Assembly: GCA_942492815.1 (NCBI GenBank) | Contig: OW818658.1 | Coordinates: 5,208,125 to 5,272,124, forward strand | Length of the DNA: 64,000 nucleotides | Source of the DNA: Candidatus Hydrogenedentales bacterium | Lineage (GTDB): Bacteria; Hydrogenedentota; Hydrogenedentia; Hydrogenedentales; JAEUWI01 | Reading direction: 5' to 3' | Shown: in pieces, positions 21,744 through 30,913 of the stretch | Position numbering within the stretch: the first letter of the stretch is position 1 | How the letters are laid out: every line of letters begins with the position of its first letter | Program-made: the position numbers and the translations under genes | The notes under the pieces: generated by a model | What the model was told of the DNA's origin: nothing | Databases searched by the model: none | Seen by the model: only the letters and a program-made list of their open reading frames with translations

Positions 21744-23723
21744 ATGAGCATCCGCTTTCGCCTGCTCCTCCTCGTGTCCGTGCTCGTCGTCATCTCCGTC
21801 ACCGTGCTCGGCTACCTCACATCGGCCTACGTGGACACGCGCCAGCGCCTTCGCGAGGCCGATGTTGTCCTCGTCGAGCTCGTGCAGGCGGCGGGCACTT
21901 CGGCGGCGATTGCCCGACTGCGGCTCCTGGTGCTCAATCGGCAGAGCACCGGCGCCGGCGCACCCGGCGACGTAGAGGAGGAGGCCCTGCGCTGCGCGCG
22001 TGCCTTTGGTGCCTGGAGATCCGCCTCAACCCTCGCGATTCAAGTGGGCATTGAAGGCGAAGCCGACGACCTGGCGCAAATTGAAGTCTTGGCAGAGGAT
22101 TTTCATGCGGAGCTCAAGAAGCTCCGCGCGGCCCTGGGCGGTAAGGCCGCGGCGGATCCCGCCGTCTTCGATCAACTCCTCGATACGGGCGTACACCTGC
22201 GCATTGTTGACGATCTTCGCGAGATGAGCACCGCGTTTGACGGGATCCTGCTCAGCATGGGCACCACCCCCTGGATCGCTCGAATCGGGCCCGGCCAGCT
22301 TGCCACCGCACGCGCCACCCTCGCCGAGATCCGCTCGGCCCACTTGGTCCGGGATCGCCTCCAGCGCCAATCCAGCCGCATTGCCTTGCTCCTGGCCGAC
22401 GCGTCGCCTGAAATCGACCGCGCGATCATCAGCACCACCGTTTCCCTGAACGAAACGATGGGAGCCTGGCTGAGGGCCACGGAAGCCTATGCGGAGGTCT
22501 CCGGCGAGCCCGCACCGCCGCATTACGAAAAGTTTGTCGTCGCCAACAGGATGCTCCAGGGGCACGTCAATCAGATCCTGGAGGATGCGCGCCGCGGACG
22601 CCTCGACGACGCGCGGGCACGCGCCACCGAAACCTGGATGCCTGCGCTCCAGAATGAACTGCTGCCCCTCCTGGAGGAGAGCCTGAACACGGAAGTCGCC
22701 GAACTGCGGAGCATGCTGGTGGAACTCTCCAGCTCCACCGCTTCGGCGGGCGCGGGCGGCATAGCCGTGATTTGCGCCGTCCTGCTCACCACCATCGCGG
22801 GCGCGTTCCACACAGTACGCTCCATGCTCCGTTCCCTGGACCAGCTTCGCGCGGGGACGGAACGTGTCGGCGCGGGAGATTTCGCCCACCGCGTGAATCT
22901 CTCCACCTCGGACGAGCTGGGCCGCCTCGGGGCGAATTTCGACGCGATGGCGGAAAAGCTTCAGGAGCAGGTGCGGCGGCGCGAAGCCCTCGAAGTGGAG
23001 TTGCTCCGCAACGAACGCCTCGCAACGCTGGGCCAGGTCATCGCCACCGTGAGCCACGAAATACGCAATCCCCTGGGCACCATTCAGACCTCGATCTACT
23101 CGCTCCGCAAACGGATGGGCGATCAGGGCGACGCCGTGGCAAAGTCGCTGGACCGCGCCGAGCGGAGTATACTACGGTGTGACCGGATCATCGGCGAGCT
23201 GCTGGAATATACCCGCACCCGTGAACCGGTCTGTGTGGAGACTCCCTTGGATGCATGGCTCGCGGAGGTGCTGGACGACTTCAACCTCCCCACCGGGGTC
23301 GCGGTCACACGGAAACTGGATTCGGGCGCGGGCGTTGCCATCGACCGAAACCGGCTCCAGGGGTGCGTAGTGAACTTGCTCAGCAACGCGTGCCAGTCCA
23401 TGGTGGAGCGGCCCGGCGGCCCGGAGCGTTGCGAACTGCTCGTCGAGTCCCGATGCGCCGCCGGACGCGTGGAAATGCGGATTGCCGACACCGGGCCCGG
23501 CATCCCACCGGAAGTGCTGGCCCGAGTCTTCGAGCCCATGTTCAGCACGCGCACCTTCGGTGTGGGCCTGGGGTTGCCCATCGTGAAAAAAAACATGGAG
23601 CAGCACGGCGGGGGCGTGGAACTCGCCAGCGAAGCCGGATGCGGGACGACCGCAACGCTCTGGCTCCCCTTGGTGCAAAGGAAGGAAAAACAGGATGAAG
23701 AATCTCCGAATACTGGTGGTTGA
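21744..23723 (+). CDS. Sensor histidine kinase with periplasmic sensor region, HAMP, HisKA and HATPase_c domains
   Basis: ATG at 21744 gives TM anchor MSIRFRLLLLVSVLVVISV; second TM then HAMP; H-box ATVSHEIRNPLGTI; ATPase motifs DTGPGIP and GLGLPIV. Confidence 0.85.
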   Translation: MSIRFRLLLLVSVLVVISVTVLGYLTSAYVDTRQRLREADVVLVELVQAAGTSAAIARLRLLVLNRQSTGAGAPGDVEEEALRCARAFGAWRSASTLAIQVGIEGEADDLAQIEVLAEDFHAELKKLRAALGGKAAADPAVFDQLLDTGVHLRIVDDLREMSTAFDGILLSMGTTPWIARIGPGQLATARATLAEIRSAHLVRDRLQRQSSRIALLLADASPEIDRAIISTTVSLNETMGAWLRATEAYAEVSGEPAPPHYEKFVVANRMLQGHVNQILEDARRGRLDDARARATETWMPALQNELLPLLEESLNTEVAELRSMLVELSSSTASAGAGGIAVICAVLLTTIAGAFHTVRSMLRSLDQLRAGTERVGAGDFAHRVNLSTSDELGRLGANFDAMAEKLQEQVRRREALEVELLRNERLATLGQVIATVSHEIRNPLGTIQTSIYSLRKRMGDQGDAVAKSLDRAERSILRCDRIIGELLEYTRTREPVCVETPLDAWLAEVLDDFNLPTGVAVTRKLDSGAGVAIDRNRLQGCVVNLLSNACQSMVERPGGPERCELLVESRCAAGRVEMRIADTGPGIPPEVLARVFEPMFSTRTFGVGLGLPIVKKNMEQHGGGVELASEAGCGTTATLWLPLVQRKEKQDEESPNTGG

Positions 23724-24423
23724 CGATGACCGCGACTTCGCCGAGGGCGTGGCCGATGTGCTGCAACTCCACGGCCATGAAACCGCCGTGGCCCATTCAG
23801 GTGAGGAAGCCCTGGAAACCTTCACCGAGACGGAATTCGACGTAACCTTCATGGATGTGAAGCTACCCGGCTGGAACGGCGTCGAGAGCTTTCGGGAATT
23901 CCGCCGGCGCTTCCCCGGCGCAAAAGTCGTGATGATGACCGCCTACAGCCTGGACAATCTGATGGACGTAACCACGGAGAAAGGCGTCATCGGATCGTTC
24001 CACAAGCCCCTGGCCTTCGGCGAGGTCGAGGCCTTGTTGGACCGCGTGCGGCAGGACACGCGCGTGCTGATCGTGGACGACGATGTCGATTTCGCGAGAG
24101 AAATCCGCGACATGCTGGAGGTCGCCGGCTTTTCGGTGCGCTCCTGCTTCGACGGGCAAACCGCCATCCGGCGATGCCTGGAGGAATCCTTCGACGCCAT
24201 GGTCCTCGACCTGCGCCTGCCCGGAGCCAGCGGTGCGGAAGTTTTCAGGGCCGTGCGCGTGGCGCGGCCGGACTTGCGGATCGTCACTGTCACGGGATTT
24301 GATGAGGAATCCATCGAAAGCGATCCCGAGAAAATCGCTATCGACCCCAACCGTGTTCTTCACAAGCCCTTCAATCCCGACAGCCTCCTCCGCATGCTGG
24401 AGCACGTACCAGGCGTGGGTTGA
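23695..24423 (+). CDS. Response regulator with two tandem receiver (REC) domains, no output domain
   Basis: Two REC domains (LVVDDDRDFAE...DVKLPG and LIVDDDVDFAR...DLRLPG); overlaps the kinase gene by 29 nt. Confidence 0.85.
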   Translation: MKNLRILVVDDDRDFAEGVADVLQLHGHETAVAHSGEEALETFTETEFDVTFMDVKLPGWNGVESFREFRRRFPGAKVVMMTAYSLDNLMDVTTEKGVIGSFHKPLAFGEVEALLDRVRQDTRVLIVDDDVDFAREIRDMLEVAGFSVRSCFDGQTAIRRCLEESFDAMVLDLRLPGASGAEVFRAVRVARPDLRIVTVTGFDEESIESDPEKIAIDPNRVLHKPFNPDSLLRMLEHVPGVG

Positions 24424-24471
24424 GGTTTCAATCAGCCTTTTCCCGCAGGGTTTCTGATAGTTCCGCTTCCT

Positions 24472-24600
24472 GGGGACGTACCGCCGCACTGGCACCCGAC
24501 ACAAGCGAGGTGAATGCTAGGGCCTTCTCCTCAGCCCGGTTAAGCGAGGCCCATACCAAAGCGGCGGCATGTCCCGGTAGATGCTGGAATCGTGACGCGA
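24472..24600. repeat. Family-2 structured repeat, partial solo unit
   Basis: GGGGACGTACCGCCGC ... GCGGCGGCATGTCCCGGTAGATGCTGGAATCGTGACGCG boxes shared with the tandem units at 50337-50855 and 57074-57720. Confidence 0.7.
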
Positions 24601-24620
24601 GAACTTTTCCTCTCGTTTCC

Positions 24621-25001
24621 CTCGTTCCCAAGCTCCGCTCTTGTCATTACCCACAAGTTTCGCGAGATAGGTGTCTATTGCTTTAGTCCCGAAGGGACGT
24701 CATATCGTAGCCCAGGGTGGAGCGAGGTACGAGCGAAACCCTGGGTATTATGGAAAAAATTCATTAGCCCCAGCGGGGCGGCATAGAAGAACCGGCAATC
24801 CATCCCTGGTTTTCTGTGTCATCCCTTCTGGATTCAATGTTTTTGGGGTCCGGTGACCCGGGGTTCCGCTCCTACCTCGCTGTACCCTGGGCTACGATAT
24901 GCCGCCACTACGTGGCTAATCAGATGCATTTCTGTGATCTGTTGCAGTGTCCTATGCTTAAGAACATATGGGCAATGACAAGAGCTCCGCTTGGGAACGA
25001 G
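24621..25001. repeat. Family-1 palindromic structured repeat element, copy B
   Basis: Terminal arms CTCGTTCCCAAGCTCCGCTCTTGTCATTACCC / GGGCAATGACAAGAGCTCCGCTTGGGAACGAG are inverted repeats; internal modules near-identical to copy A. Confidence 0.75.
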
Positions 25002-25030
25002 TGAAGGAGGATATTGTGGGCCCAGGGCAA

Positions 25031-25225
25031 TTGTGCAACAGACTGTTGCACAAATCACGGTTCGCCGGTCTAATGCAAATGCGACACAGGCTGCGCCGCA
25101 TTTATAAGTGATTTGTCGCCAGCAGCTTAAGGGATCAGCACTTGACCGATCTAATTTTGCAACAGCCTGTTCCAAAATTGACAGTATGGCTGGTTCCATC
25201 ATTTTTGCCACAGGCTGTGGCAAAA
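25031..25225. promoter_or_regulatory. Three 23-bp palindromes, consensus TTTTGCMACAG-N-CTGTKGCAAAA (candidate protein-binding sites)
   Basis: Perfect palindromes at 25031-25053 and 25203-25225, one-mismatch copy at 25155-25177. Confidence 0.5.
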
Positions 25226-25241
25226 TTGCCATTCCTTAATT

Positions 25242-25901
25242 TCAATAGGTCTTCAGGCCCGATTCATCCTCACTCTCCAGCAGGTCCTGTACCGCCCCTT
25301 GCAGTTGTTGTGCTATCTCTTTGGCACCACCTTTGCCCGGCACCACGTGATCAAAATTCATGGGCTTCCCAACGACCACGCTCAACCGCGTGAGCCTTGG
25401 CAATCGCCGGCCCTTGGGCCAGCTTTCGAAGGCCCCATGGATCGCGCAAGGCAGCACCGGCACTGGACATCCGCGCAGCAGCAGCCCTATCCCCGCCTTG
25501 AACTCGCCCAGCTCCCCCGTCGTTGATCGCGTGCCTTCCGGAAAGAGGATCAGCACGTTGCCCGGCGTTTTGAGCAACTGCTGGCAGATCTTCAGGCTCT
25601 GTTGGGGACCCGCCGTCCGGTGAAAGGGCAGGGCGTTCACGATGATCGAGGAAAACATGACGCGCGGGAGCGCGGTGAAGAAGTAGTCCGCCGCCGCCGC
25701 CGGAAATATACGATGGCGCATGCGAAAGGGCAGCATGGAAATGAGACAGATCGCGTCCCAATGACTCGAGTGATTGGCCACAAGAACGAAGGCGGAATCC
25801 TGGGGGATATTTTCCAACCCGGTGACGCGAAAGCGATGAAAGACCTTGAGCCAAACGCGAATGAACAGCCCCGCGGCGGATCGCGTCGCGAAGGTCCACA
25901 T
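25242..25901 (-). CDS. plsC: 1-acyl-sn-glycerol-3-phosphate acyltransferase (PlsC family)
   Basis: HxxxxD motif (NHSSHWD) and FPEGTRS motif; ATG at 25901 chosen (ORF track extends to 26246 across cdsA in another frame). Confidence 0.8.
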   Translation of the reverse strand: MWTFATRSAAGLFIRVWLKVFHRFRVTGLENIPQDSAFVLVANHSSHWDAICLISMLPFRMRHRIFPAAAADYFFTALPRVMFSSIIVNALPFHRTAGPQQSLKICQQLLKTPGNVLILFPEGTRSTTGELGEFKAGIGLLLRGCPVPVLPCAIHGAFESWPKGRRLPRLTRLSVVVGKPMNFDHVVPGKGGAKEIAQQLQGAVQDLLESEDESGLKTY

Positions 25902-25993
25902 GGACGGCTCGCGGGGAAAGTCGCGCAAACCATCCGCCAGACTCTTGTCGAGATCGCGGGCGCTATCGTAGTGCCATTCGTCCACTCCCCCCC

Positions 25994-26950
25994 CTATCGC
26001 ACGCCGTAGAGGCCGTAGAACCAGTTCACCATATGCAGGAACAGGGGCGCGGTGAAGATCAGGCTGTCGATGCGATCCAGAATGCCCCCATGGCCCGGAA
26101 TCAGCGCGCCCGTATCCTTGATGTTGATGTCGCGCTTGATGACGCTGATGGAAAGATCGCCCAACTGCCCGCCGATGCCCACGATGAGCCCCGTGATGAT
26201 CAGTTGAAGCGGCCCGAAGTGGGGCAGGCAGGGCGCGGCGATCCACGGGAAGACCATGGAGACGGCCAGCGCACCGAGGGATCCCTCCCAGGTTTTGTTC
26301 GGGCTGATTTGGTCGCGCAGCTTATGCCGACCAAAGGCCTTGCCAAAGCAGAAGGCCGCGATGTCGTTGATCTCCACGGCCACGATGAGGAAGAGCAGAT
26401 ACGCATAGGGCCGGTCGGAATTCGCGAGGAAGGTCAGGTGACCGAACATCCATGCAATGTACACGAAGCCCACGAGCGCGAGCGACACCAACTGCAACTG
26501 GCCCTTCGTGCGGTTGCGCAGGATCGGGATGGTCAGAATCAGCGCGATGGCGTAGACCGGCAACGTTCGAAACATGCCGAACCAGCCGTGCCGTCCATTG
26601 TAGGGATCGGTCAGGATCGCGATGAGGAAAATCGCCCCGATGGACACATAGACCGCGCCCGTCATCCACCAGTCGCGATAGAGCCCCGTGGCCCGGGCGA
26701 ACTCGCGGAAACCGATCAAGGCCACGATGGAAAAGAGTGTGATGGTGGCCTCGCGCCCGAGGAGCACGGCGGCCAGCACCGTGGGGATCATGATCAGCCA
26801 GCCCTGGTAGATACGCCACACGGCGGTGACGTTTTTCCCGAAGGCGTACTTCAGCAGCAACAGGGCCAGGCCCGCGACAATCAGCGCGCCGAGAATAAAC
26901 CCGCCGAGGAAGCGAACACTCGGGTCGTGCAGCGCGGCGTGAAAATTCAT
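25994..26950 (-). CDS. cdsA: Phosphatidate cytidylyltransferase (CDP-diglyceride synthase)
   Basis: 318 aa multi-TM protein; conserved C-terminal CdsA signature ...KRDINIKDTGALIPGHGGILDRIDSL. Confidence 0.9.
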   Translation of the reverse strand: MNFHAALHDPSVRFLGGFILGALIVAGLALLLLKYAFGKNVTAVWRIYQGWLIMIPTVLAAVLLGREATITLFSIVALIGFREFARATGLYRDWWMTGAVYVSIGAIFLIAILTDPYNGRHGWFGMFRTLPVYAIALILTIPILRNRTKGQLQLVSLALVGFVYIAWMFGHLTFLANSDRPYAYLLFLIVAVEINDIAAFCFGKAFGRHKLRDQISPNKTWEGSLGALAVSMVFPWIAAPCLPHFGPLQLIITGLIVGIGGQLGDLSISVIKRDINIKDTGALIPGHGGILDRIDSLIFTAPLFLHMVNWFYGLYGVR

Positions 26951-27612
26951 GACGCCGCCTTGCGGTTCAGCGCGTCAATAATACGCCGCAAGCGGACTAC
27001 GACCGTCTGCACGCAGCCCGCGATGACGACGATCAAGGTCCAGTCCATCACGGTCAGATGCCACAGCGTTGGGAGATTCCACCCGGCCCAGATCTGGAGC
27101 AGCAGGATCGTCGCGCCGATGTGGAGCGTCACCATGCGCCAGGGCTTCGCCATCACGCCGCTGAACTCCCGCTGCACGCCCACCGCCTGACCGAAGATGC
27201 CGATGTAGGCCGTGAACACTGCCAGGATCGCCGCCCAATAGCCCAGGGGCACCAGGCACAGTCCGCTGTGGGCCACACCCGCGAAGATCATCACATCGGA
27301 CACGCGATCCGGCACTTCATTCACGATCTCGCCATTCAGGCTCGCCTTGCCCGAAGCCAGCGCCACCATGCCGTCGAGCATGTTGAACCACAAGCGCGCA
27401 TAGCAGAAAAACGAGCCTGCCATCAGCAGCCACGGATAGGCCGACGCCTGCCAGAAGCACAGCCCCGCCAGAGCCGCCGCCACGACGGACAGATAAGAAA
27501 TCGTGTTCGGGTGGACATCCCACCGAACACAAAAACGAACCGACCCGCCCGCCCAACTCCGAAAAAGCCCCGCAATCGGCCTGCGCGACGTGGGTTTGTA
27601 GTCACTACTCAT
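26947..27612 (-). CDS. CDP-alcohol phosphatidyltransferase family protein (PgsA-like)
   Basis: Motif DGMVALASGKASLNGEIVNEVPDRVSD; 4-nt overlap with the cdsA start; multi-TM. Confidence 0.8.
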   Translation of the reverse strand: MSSDYKPTSRRPIAGLFRSWAGGSVRFCVRWDVHPNTISYLSVVAAALAGLCFWQASAYPWLLMAGSFFCYARLWFNMLDGMVALASGKASLNGEIVNEVPDRVSDVMIFAGVAHSGLCLVPLGYWAAILAVFTAYIGIFGQAVGVQREFSGVMAKPWRMVTLHIGATILLLQIWAGWNLPTLWHLTVMDWTLIVVIAGCVQTVVVRLRRIIDALNRKAAS

Positions 27613-27887
27613 CGATCCCGATACCCCTTTCCATAAATTGGCTGCGGCGTAGTATCCGGGACCCCGTCGGAAAGAATCAACAAGGTGCCGCCCAACAGGG
27701 GCTCAGGCATTCCTGCCTGAGACTGGGCTCACCCAGACATGGAAAGGCCCGGCGAGTATGTAAGGCGATCTGGGATCACAACGTCGTGTTCTCGAATGCC
27801 GAGACTTGCGCACACGCCCACAGGCCTGTCGAATGGCAACGTGAGCGCTGTCTCAGACAGGAATGTCTAAGCCCCTTGGGACCGCAC

Positions 27888-27927
27888 CCCGCGCCACGAT
27901 GCGACGTTGTTCCGCGAGGGGTGGGAG
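27888..27927 (-). pseudogene. Truncated silent copy of the hsdS 3' conserved region (cassette fragment 1)
   Basis: Minus-strand reading GTTLPPLAEQRRIVAR, then diverges into a GACAGGAATGTC hairpin motif and stops. Confidence 0.65.
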
Positions 27928-28258
27928 GGTGGTACCTCGAAGGGCCGGAAGGCGTTAGCCACGAAGTGGCGGCAGTTTGTAGCCTGGGGTGGAGCGAGGC
28001 ACGAGCGCAACCCCAGGATCACCAAACAAACACATCGAATCCGCGAAGCGGATGCCAGATTGCGATAACCCCGCTCTGCCATCCGCCGCAGGCGGATTCA
28101 ACCAGTGGGGGATTCGGACCTGGGGCTGAAGCCCCAGGCTAATGACTGATGTCCACTTCGTGGACTAAGAAAACGCTCGGAGAACACCGTCCCCTGTGCC
28201 GTCTTTCCCATATTCCTGGTTCACTCGTTCCCAATTCGTAATTCATAATTCATAATTC
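27928..28258. repeat. Family-1-like structured repeat element, tandem unit 1 downstream of hsdS
   Basis: Contains TAGCCACGAAGTGGCGGCA hairpin, CCTGGGGTGGAGCGAGGCACGAGCGCAACCCCAGG hairpin and mirrored GTCCACTTCGTGGAC / CCTGGGGCTGAAGCCCCAGG hairpins. Confidence 0.7.
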
Positions 28259-28353
28259 TCAATTCGTCAGTTCACTGACGCCCGCCTCCAACTGGCCCAC
28301 CAGCCCCATCAGCTCCTCCACCCGCGCCACGATGCGACGTTGTTCCGCCAGGA
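28259..28353 (-). pseudogene. In-frame silent copy of the hsdS 3' conserved-region cassette (fragment 2)
   Basis: Minus-strand translation AVRGTTFPLLAEQRRIVARVEELMGLVGQLEAGVSELTN-stop; differs from the hsdS C-terminus by a 15-codon in-frame deletion and a few substitutions. Confidence 0.7.
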
Positions 28354-28689
28354 GCGGAAAAGTGGTACCTCGAACGGCCGGAAGGCGTTAGCCACGAAGT
28401 GGCGGCAGTTTGTAGCCTGGGGTGGAGCGAGGCACGAGCGCAACCCCAGGATCACCAAACAAACACATCGAATCCGCGAAGCGGATGGCAGGTCACGAAG
28501 ACCATGCTCTGCCATCCGCTTCGCGGATTCAAAGAGTGGGGCATTCGGACCTGGGGCTGAAGCCCCAGGCTAATGACTGATGTCCACTTCGTGGACTAAG
28601 AAAACGCTCGGAGAACACCTCCCCCTGTACCGTTTTCCCCATATTCCTGGTTCACTCACACCCAATTCGTAATTCATAGTTCATAATTC
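28354..28689. repeat. Family-1-like structured repeat element, tandem unit 2 directly abutting the hsdS stop
   Basis: Near-identical to 27928-28258; includes a 22-bp perfect inverted repeat GAATCCGCGAAGCGGATGGCAG / CTGCCATCCGCTTCGCGGATTC. Confidence 0.7.
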
Positions 28690-30264
28690 TCAATTCGTCA
28701 GCGCGCTGACGCCCGCTTCCAGCAGCGCCACCGCCGTCCGGCGCGACGTCGCGATCTGCGCCTCCAACTGGTCCACTAGCCCCATCAACTCCTCCACCCG
28801 CGCCACGATGCGGCGTTGTTCCGCGAGGGGTGGGAGAGGAAATTGAATTGAACAAATAGTTTTCATGTTCAAAAATGGCTGGACTGCCTCGGATGCAATC
28901 CCACGAAGATACTCGGCTATAGCATTCAAGTAGATGCACAAATACTGGGCCGTAACCACCTCACCTACGCGAAATCTGCACAAACCCGTTGTGGAGAGCA
29001 TCCCCTCCGGCATCGACTCCGGATAGATGGCACAGAGTCCAATGCTTCCGACTTTACCTAAGAGTACATCGTTCGGCAATACGTTGTGCCGCCTCAGCAA
29101 CGCGAACTTTTCCTCTCGAATGTATCGAAGGTCGTTGGGATTAAACCTAAACGGCTTAACATTCACCATTCGAATCACGGGGACACCCGTCTCTATGTAA
29201 TCCGTCTTTATGTTTATAGATTGACCGAAGGGCCCGTCGACAATCGCTGACTCTGAAGCATTCCCTATCTCGCCAATTCTGCACCACGTCCAGGATTCTG
29301 GAAGCGGATGGTTGTGCCCACTCAGGCTAGAATCAGCCAGTGCTCTTGGTTTACGCATCTCCCCTGATTTAATCGCGATTTGTTTAGCGCTTTCCACCCT
29401 CGCGAGGAGCTCCTCCGCCCCTTCATCTGCCGGGTCCTGGGGCACGAGCTTTCCCCGAACGGCGAGGGTGAGGATGGACTTGCGGAGGTCGGCGGGGTCG
29501 ATGGGGCAGGCCGGGTGAAAGAGGAGCTTGAGGTTTTCCGGGGTCGGGTCCTCGTTGAACCGGGACACGCTGGCGCGGGCGAGATCGGCGTGCCGCGCGT
29601 CCCGTTCCCGCTGCTGCGCCTCCAGCCGGTCACACAGGGCCATCAAGGCATCCACCTTCGCCACAATCCGCTTCTGCTCCGCGAGCGGCGGGAGGGGAAT
29701 CTCGAATCGCTCAATCATCCCTTTTGTCAGCGCCTGCCGGGTTGCTCCAACTTGTACATCATCGATCATCACTTGAATCGCCGGACTGGCCAGAAACTTC
29801 GCAAGGAACACCGGGTCCAGATCGGGTGTGGGACGTATTATAGTCACGTGCTGGTTCACCCGCGCGCCCACCATCTCCACTGGCGCCGTCGTGACTCGGC
29901 CAATCGACGCACCTGTGATATTGAGGAGAACGTCATCCGCCTGCACGATCACATTCGAGAGCTTATCTGCTTGTTCGCTCGTCAAGAACACAAGGCCGAG
30001 AGGTTCGAAACCGCGAAAGTGAACGTTCATCGAACGAATGAGCGGAATCCCTTGAGTCACGTAAGAGACCCGGCCTCCCGACGGTGTTGCACCACTGCCG
30101 ATCTTGGAAGCCAACGACTTGAGAGTCACCAAAGGCCAGGGCTCGCCAACCGGCAACAGTTTTCCCGAGAAGGCAAGGTGAAGCACCAGTTCCCGCATCT
30201 TGTCCACAGCCCTGGGCGCGTCGGCGAACAGCTCAAAGTTCTCAAAAAAAGTGTCGAGGTTCAT
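28690..30264 (-). CDS. hsdS: Type I restriction-modification specificity subunit HsdS (two target-recognition domains)
   Basis: Central and C-terminal conserved repeats LPPLAEQKRIVAKVDALM... and LPPLAEQRRIVARVEELM...; ATG at 30264 preferred (ORF track start 30297). Confidence 0.9.
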   Translation of the reverse strand: MNLDTFFENFELFADAPRAVDKMRELVLHLAFSGKLLPVGEPWPLVTLKSLASKIGSGATPSGGRVSYVTQGIPLIRSMNVHFRGFEPLGLVFLTSEQADKLSNVIVQADDVLLNITGASIGRVTTAPVEMVGARVNQHVTIIRPTPDLDPVFLAKFLASPAIQVMIDDVQVGATRQALTKGMIERFEIPLPPLAEQKRIVAKVDALMALCDRLEAQQRERDARHADLARASVSRFNEDPTPENLKLLFHPACPIDPADLRKSILTLAVRGKLVPQDPADEGAEELLARVESAKQIAIKSGEMRKPRALADSSLSGHNHPLPESWTWCRIGEIGNASESAIVDGPFGQSINIKTDYIETGVPVIRMVNVKPFRFNPNDLRYIREEKFALLRRHNVLPNDVLLGKVGSIGLCAIYPESMPEGMLSTTGLCRFRVGEVVTAQYLCIYLNAIAEYLRGIASEAVQPFLNMKTICSIQFPLPPLAEQRRIVARVEELMGLVDQLEAQIATSRRTAVALLEAGVSALTN

Positions 30265-30676
30265 TGTACCCCCAGGGACTGACGCGCGCAGGCGCACTTG
30301 TCGCGAGCGGCACAGACCAGGCGGTCAATCGGCGATGGTGAAAGCGGCAGGCACGCCCATGCGCGTGGCTGTCCCGTCGTGAGGGAGATGCACGCGATAC
30401 TCAAAGACAGGCCCGGTCCGCGACACGCCCCCTGAATACGGGCGTCGCGCGTGCGTCGAGGGCGCTCGGGCCACGACGGGACAGCCACGGACGTTGAAAT
30501 ACCTGTTGCTCGTAAACGACCCCCGTCAATCCATGGTGCCTTTGCTACCGGAATACACCGGTCCGCGTCAGTCCCTGTGAGACTGCCCTTCACACCATCG
30601 CAGGCCCCTCGCAGGCAAGTCGCATCGGCGACTGACGCGACGCCACGGGCACGGGAAAGCCAACCGGAGCGGCCAG

Positions 30677-30865
30677 ACAAAGGAGCTTGGACATTCCTGT
30701 CCGAGACAAAGCCTGCGTTACAAATTGACAGGCCCGCTGGCATGTGCGAAACCTCCGCTATCAAAAATCGGGACTTTGGCACGCCTGGCTTTACAGACAA
30801 CTTCACAGGGCCCTTCGGTGTTGGCGCAGGCGCTGTCTCGGACAGGAATGTCCAAGCTCCTTTGT
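30677..30865. mobile_element. MITE-like element, 189 bp with 32-bp perfect terminal inverted repeats
   Basis: ACAAAGGAGCTTGGACATTCCTGTCCGAGACA at 30677-30708 and exact reverse complement at 30834-30865; related solo motif at 27845-27872; no ORF inside. Confidence 0.65.
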
Positions 30866-30913
30866 ACCGCGTATCGAAGCTGCGCGTAATACTCCCCGAA
30901 AACGAGTAGCCTC

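Noticed and set aside
25031-25225. parS or LexA-box identity for the 23-bp palindromes
   Set aside because: The sequence does not match the parS (TGTTNCACGTGAAACA) or known LexA-box consensus
25983-25985. GTG start for plsC abutting the cdsA stop
   Set aside because: The G-rich stretch is directly adjacent to the GTG with no spacing for a ribosome-binding site; the ATG at 25901 gives a typical PlsC N-terminus
28141-28170. Hammerhead-ribozyme-like core (CUGAUG ... GAAA) inside the family-1-like element
   Set aside because: The conserved CUGANGA core is not satisfied (U in place of the required A) and the stem arrangement does not fit
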